Source: Octopus vulgaris (Eukaryota). From it: a DNA stretch of 64,000 nt. The notes beneath the pieces are model-generated. The model had not been told where the DNA came from. It searched no databases and saw only the letters and a program-made list of their open reading frames with translations. Location of the stretch: assembly GCA_951406725.2 (NCBI GenBank), contig OX597815.1, positions 140,740,001-140,804,000 on the forward strand, read 5' to 3'. A program made the position numbers and the translations under genes. Of this stretch, positions 63,010-64,000 are shown one piece after another. The first letter of the stretch is position 1; the number at the start of each line of letters is the position of its first letter.

Positions 63010-63830
63010 CTCCCTGCCTCCTATGCACCAAGGAACGAAGACGGGCCAACTTAAAGAGCTTCTCGTCTGTTCTAGCGCAGTGAAAAATTCCATGTGCAGT
63101 TTAACCCTTGTAGTGTCAAGCATATCTGCGAGGTAAAGAGATTCGTGATGGGGTTGGGGAGGCAAGCAAACAGCCATACTTCACACCGTGCTTGACTACA
63201 AGCGCTTCCCTAAAATCTCCACTAACAGGGACGAGTACTAACATTCCTCTTTGGAACTGCTTGATTATATTATCTGAGAGAATTCATAAGTCTGCAGTAC
63301 ATTCCAAAAGAGTTTCCGTCTAAAACACTTTAAAAACATCCACAACCATCATGACGATAGGTTGTTGCTGCTCTTCTTTATTTAGCTTCTTCATGGCGTT
63401 CTCATGGCAGAGGTTGTTTCGGTTCTGGTGCTGTTCTAGCCATCTGCATATGCCTGGATGGACGGATCCTTGCTGAGTGAACAGGTTACGGAAATGTTCT
63501 TACCACTTGGTTCTCCTCTTTCGAAGGTGGGTGTGTACTTTGCTCCCGTCTATTGACTTGAGTTGCTCCTGGGGTCATACATGGCTTTCTGTTCCGTAAC
63601 CATCCCGAGTTAGTCATGCTTATCGGCCATGCTCTGCAGGCTTTCTTCCTCCCTCCGACACCAGTCGCTCTTCAGCGTTCTCAATTTTCTCTGCAATTTT
63701 GAATTGATTTCTCCAAAAGCAACACTGTTCCTCTCCTAGTTTTGCAGATGTCACAAGAAAGACATTGTTTATATTCGCGCAGCTTCTGAATCTCTTCGTG
63801 CTCTCAACCAATCTTATGTTTTGCACTGCG
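63010..63830 (-). mobile_element. RTE-clade (BovB-like) LINE RT remnant
   Basis: KLQRKLRTLKSDW, W*EHFRNL, EQQQP....VD, IIKQF.RGM..V..GVKYGCLLA, RTDEKLFKLARLR. Confidence 0.8.
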
Positions 63831-64000
63831 ATGTCCCTAAGCTATTTGGAAAAGACTCTCCTACTTGGCATGTGATGCCCATATGATAGCAATGATTCTG
63901 CTGAGGTGACATGTATTGTAGATTTATATGTCACATGTATATTAACATCTTCATCACCTTGACCTAACGTAGGCTTCTAACTGCAAAATAGATTTATTTT

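Overview
AT-rich, microsatellite-dense eukaryotic DNA with no intact protein-coding gene. The mix of tRNA-headed SINEs, (TA)n/(AAT)n/(TATC)n tracts and transposon families resembles a coleoid cephalopod (Octopus-like) genome; this is an inference from recalled repeat sequences, not a database result. The window is mostly nested, decayed mobile DNA: four tRNA-derived SINE families, at least six R4/Dong-type (RLE) LINE remnants, Tx1/L1, CR1 and RTE remnants, Penelope-like (PLE) remnants, a Tc1 (DD34E), a maT (DD37D-type), a hAT MITE, an unclassified MITE, a possible Sola2 and several non-autonomous Helitrons, including a head-to-tail array. Most notable is a short element with a Pol III tRNA head, an (AAT)n linker and a minimal type I hammerhead ribozyme (three copies; one core intact; the linker of one copy hosts two further insertions). 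Also notable are a separate hammerhead with an intact core at 1458-1518 and a heavily decayed LRR/TM/TIR (Toll-like receptor-like) relic at about 59.5-62.9 kb (-). The ORF-track entries I examined are microsatellite artefacts or transposon fragments. All translations and alignments were done by eye, so boundaries of old elements are approximate.
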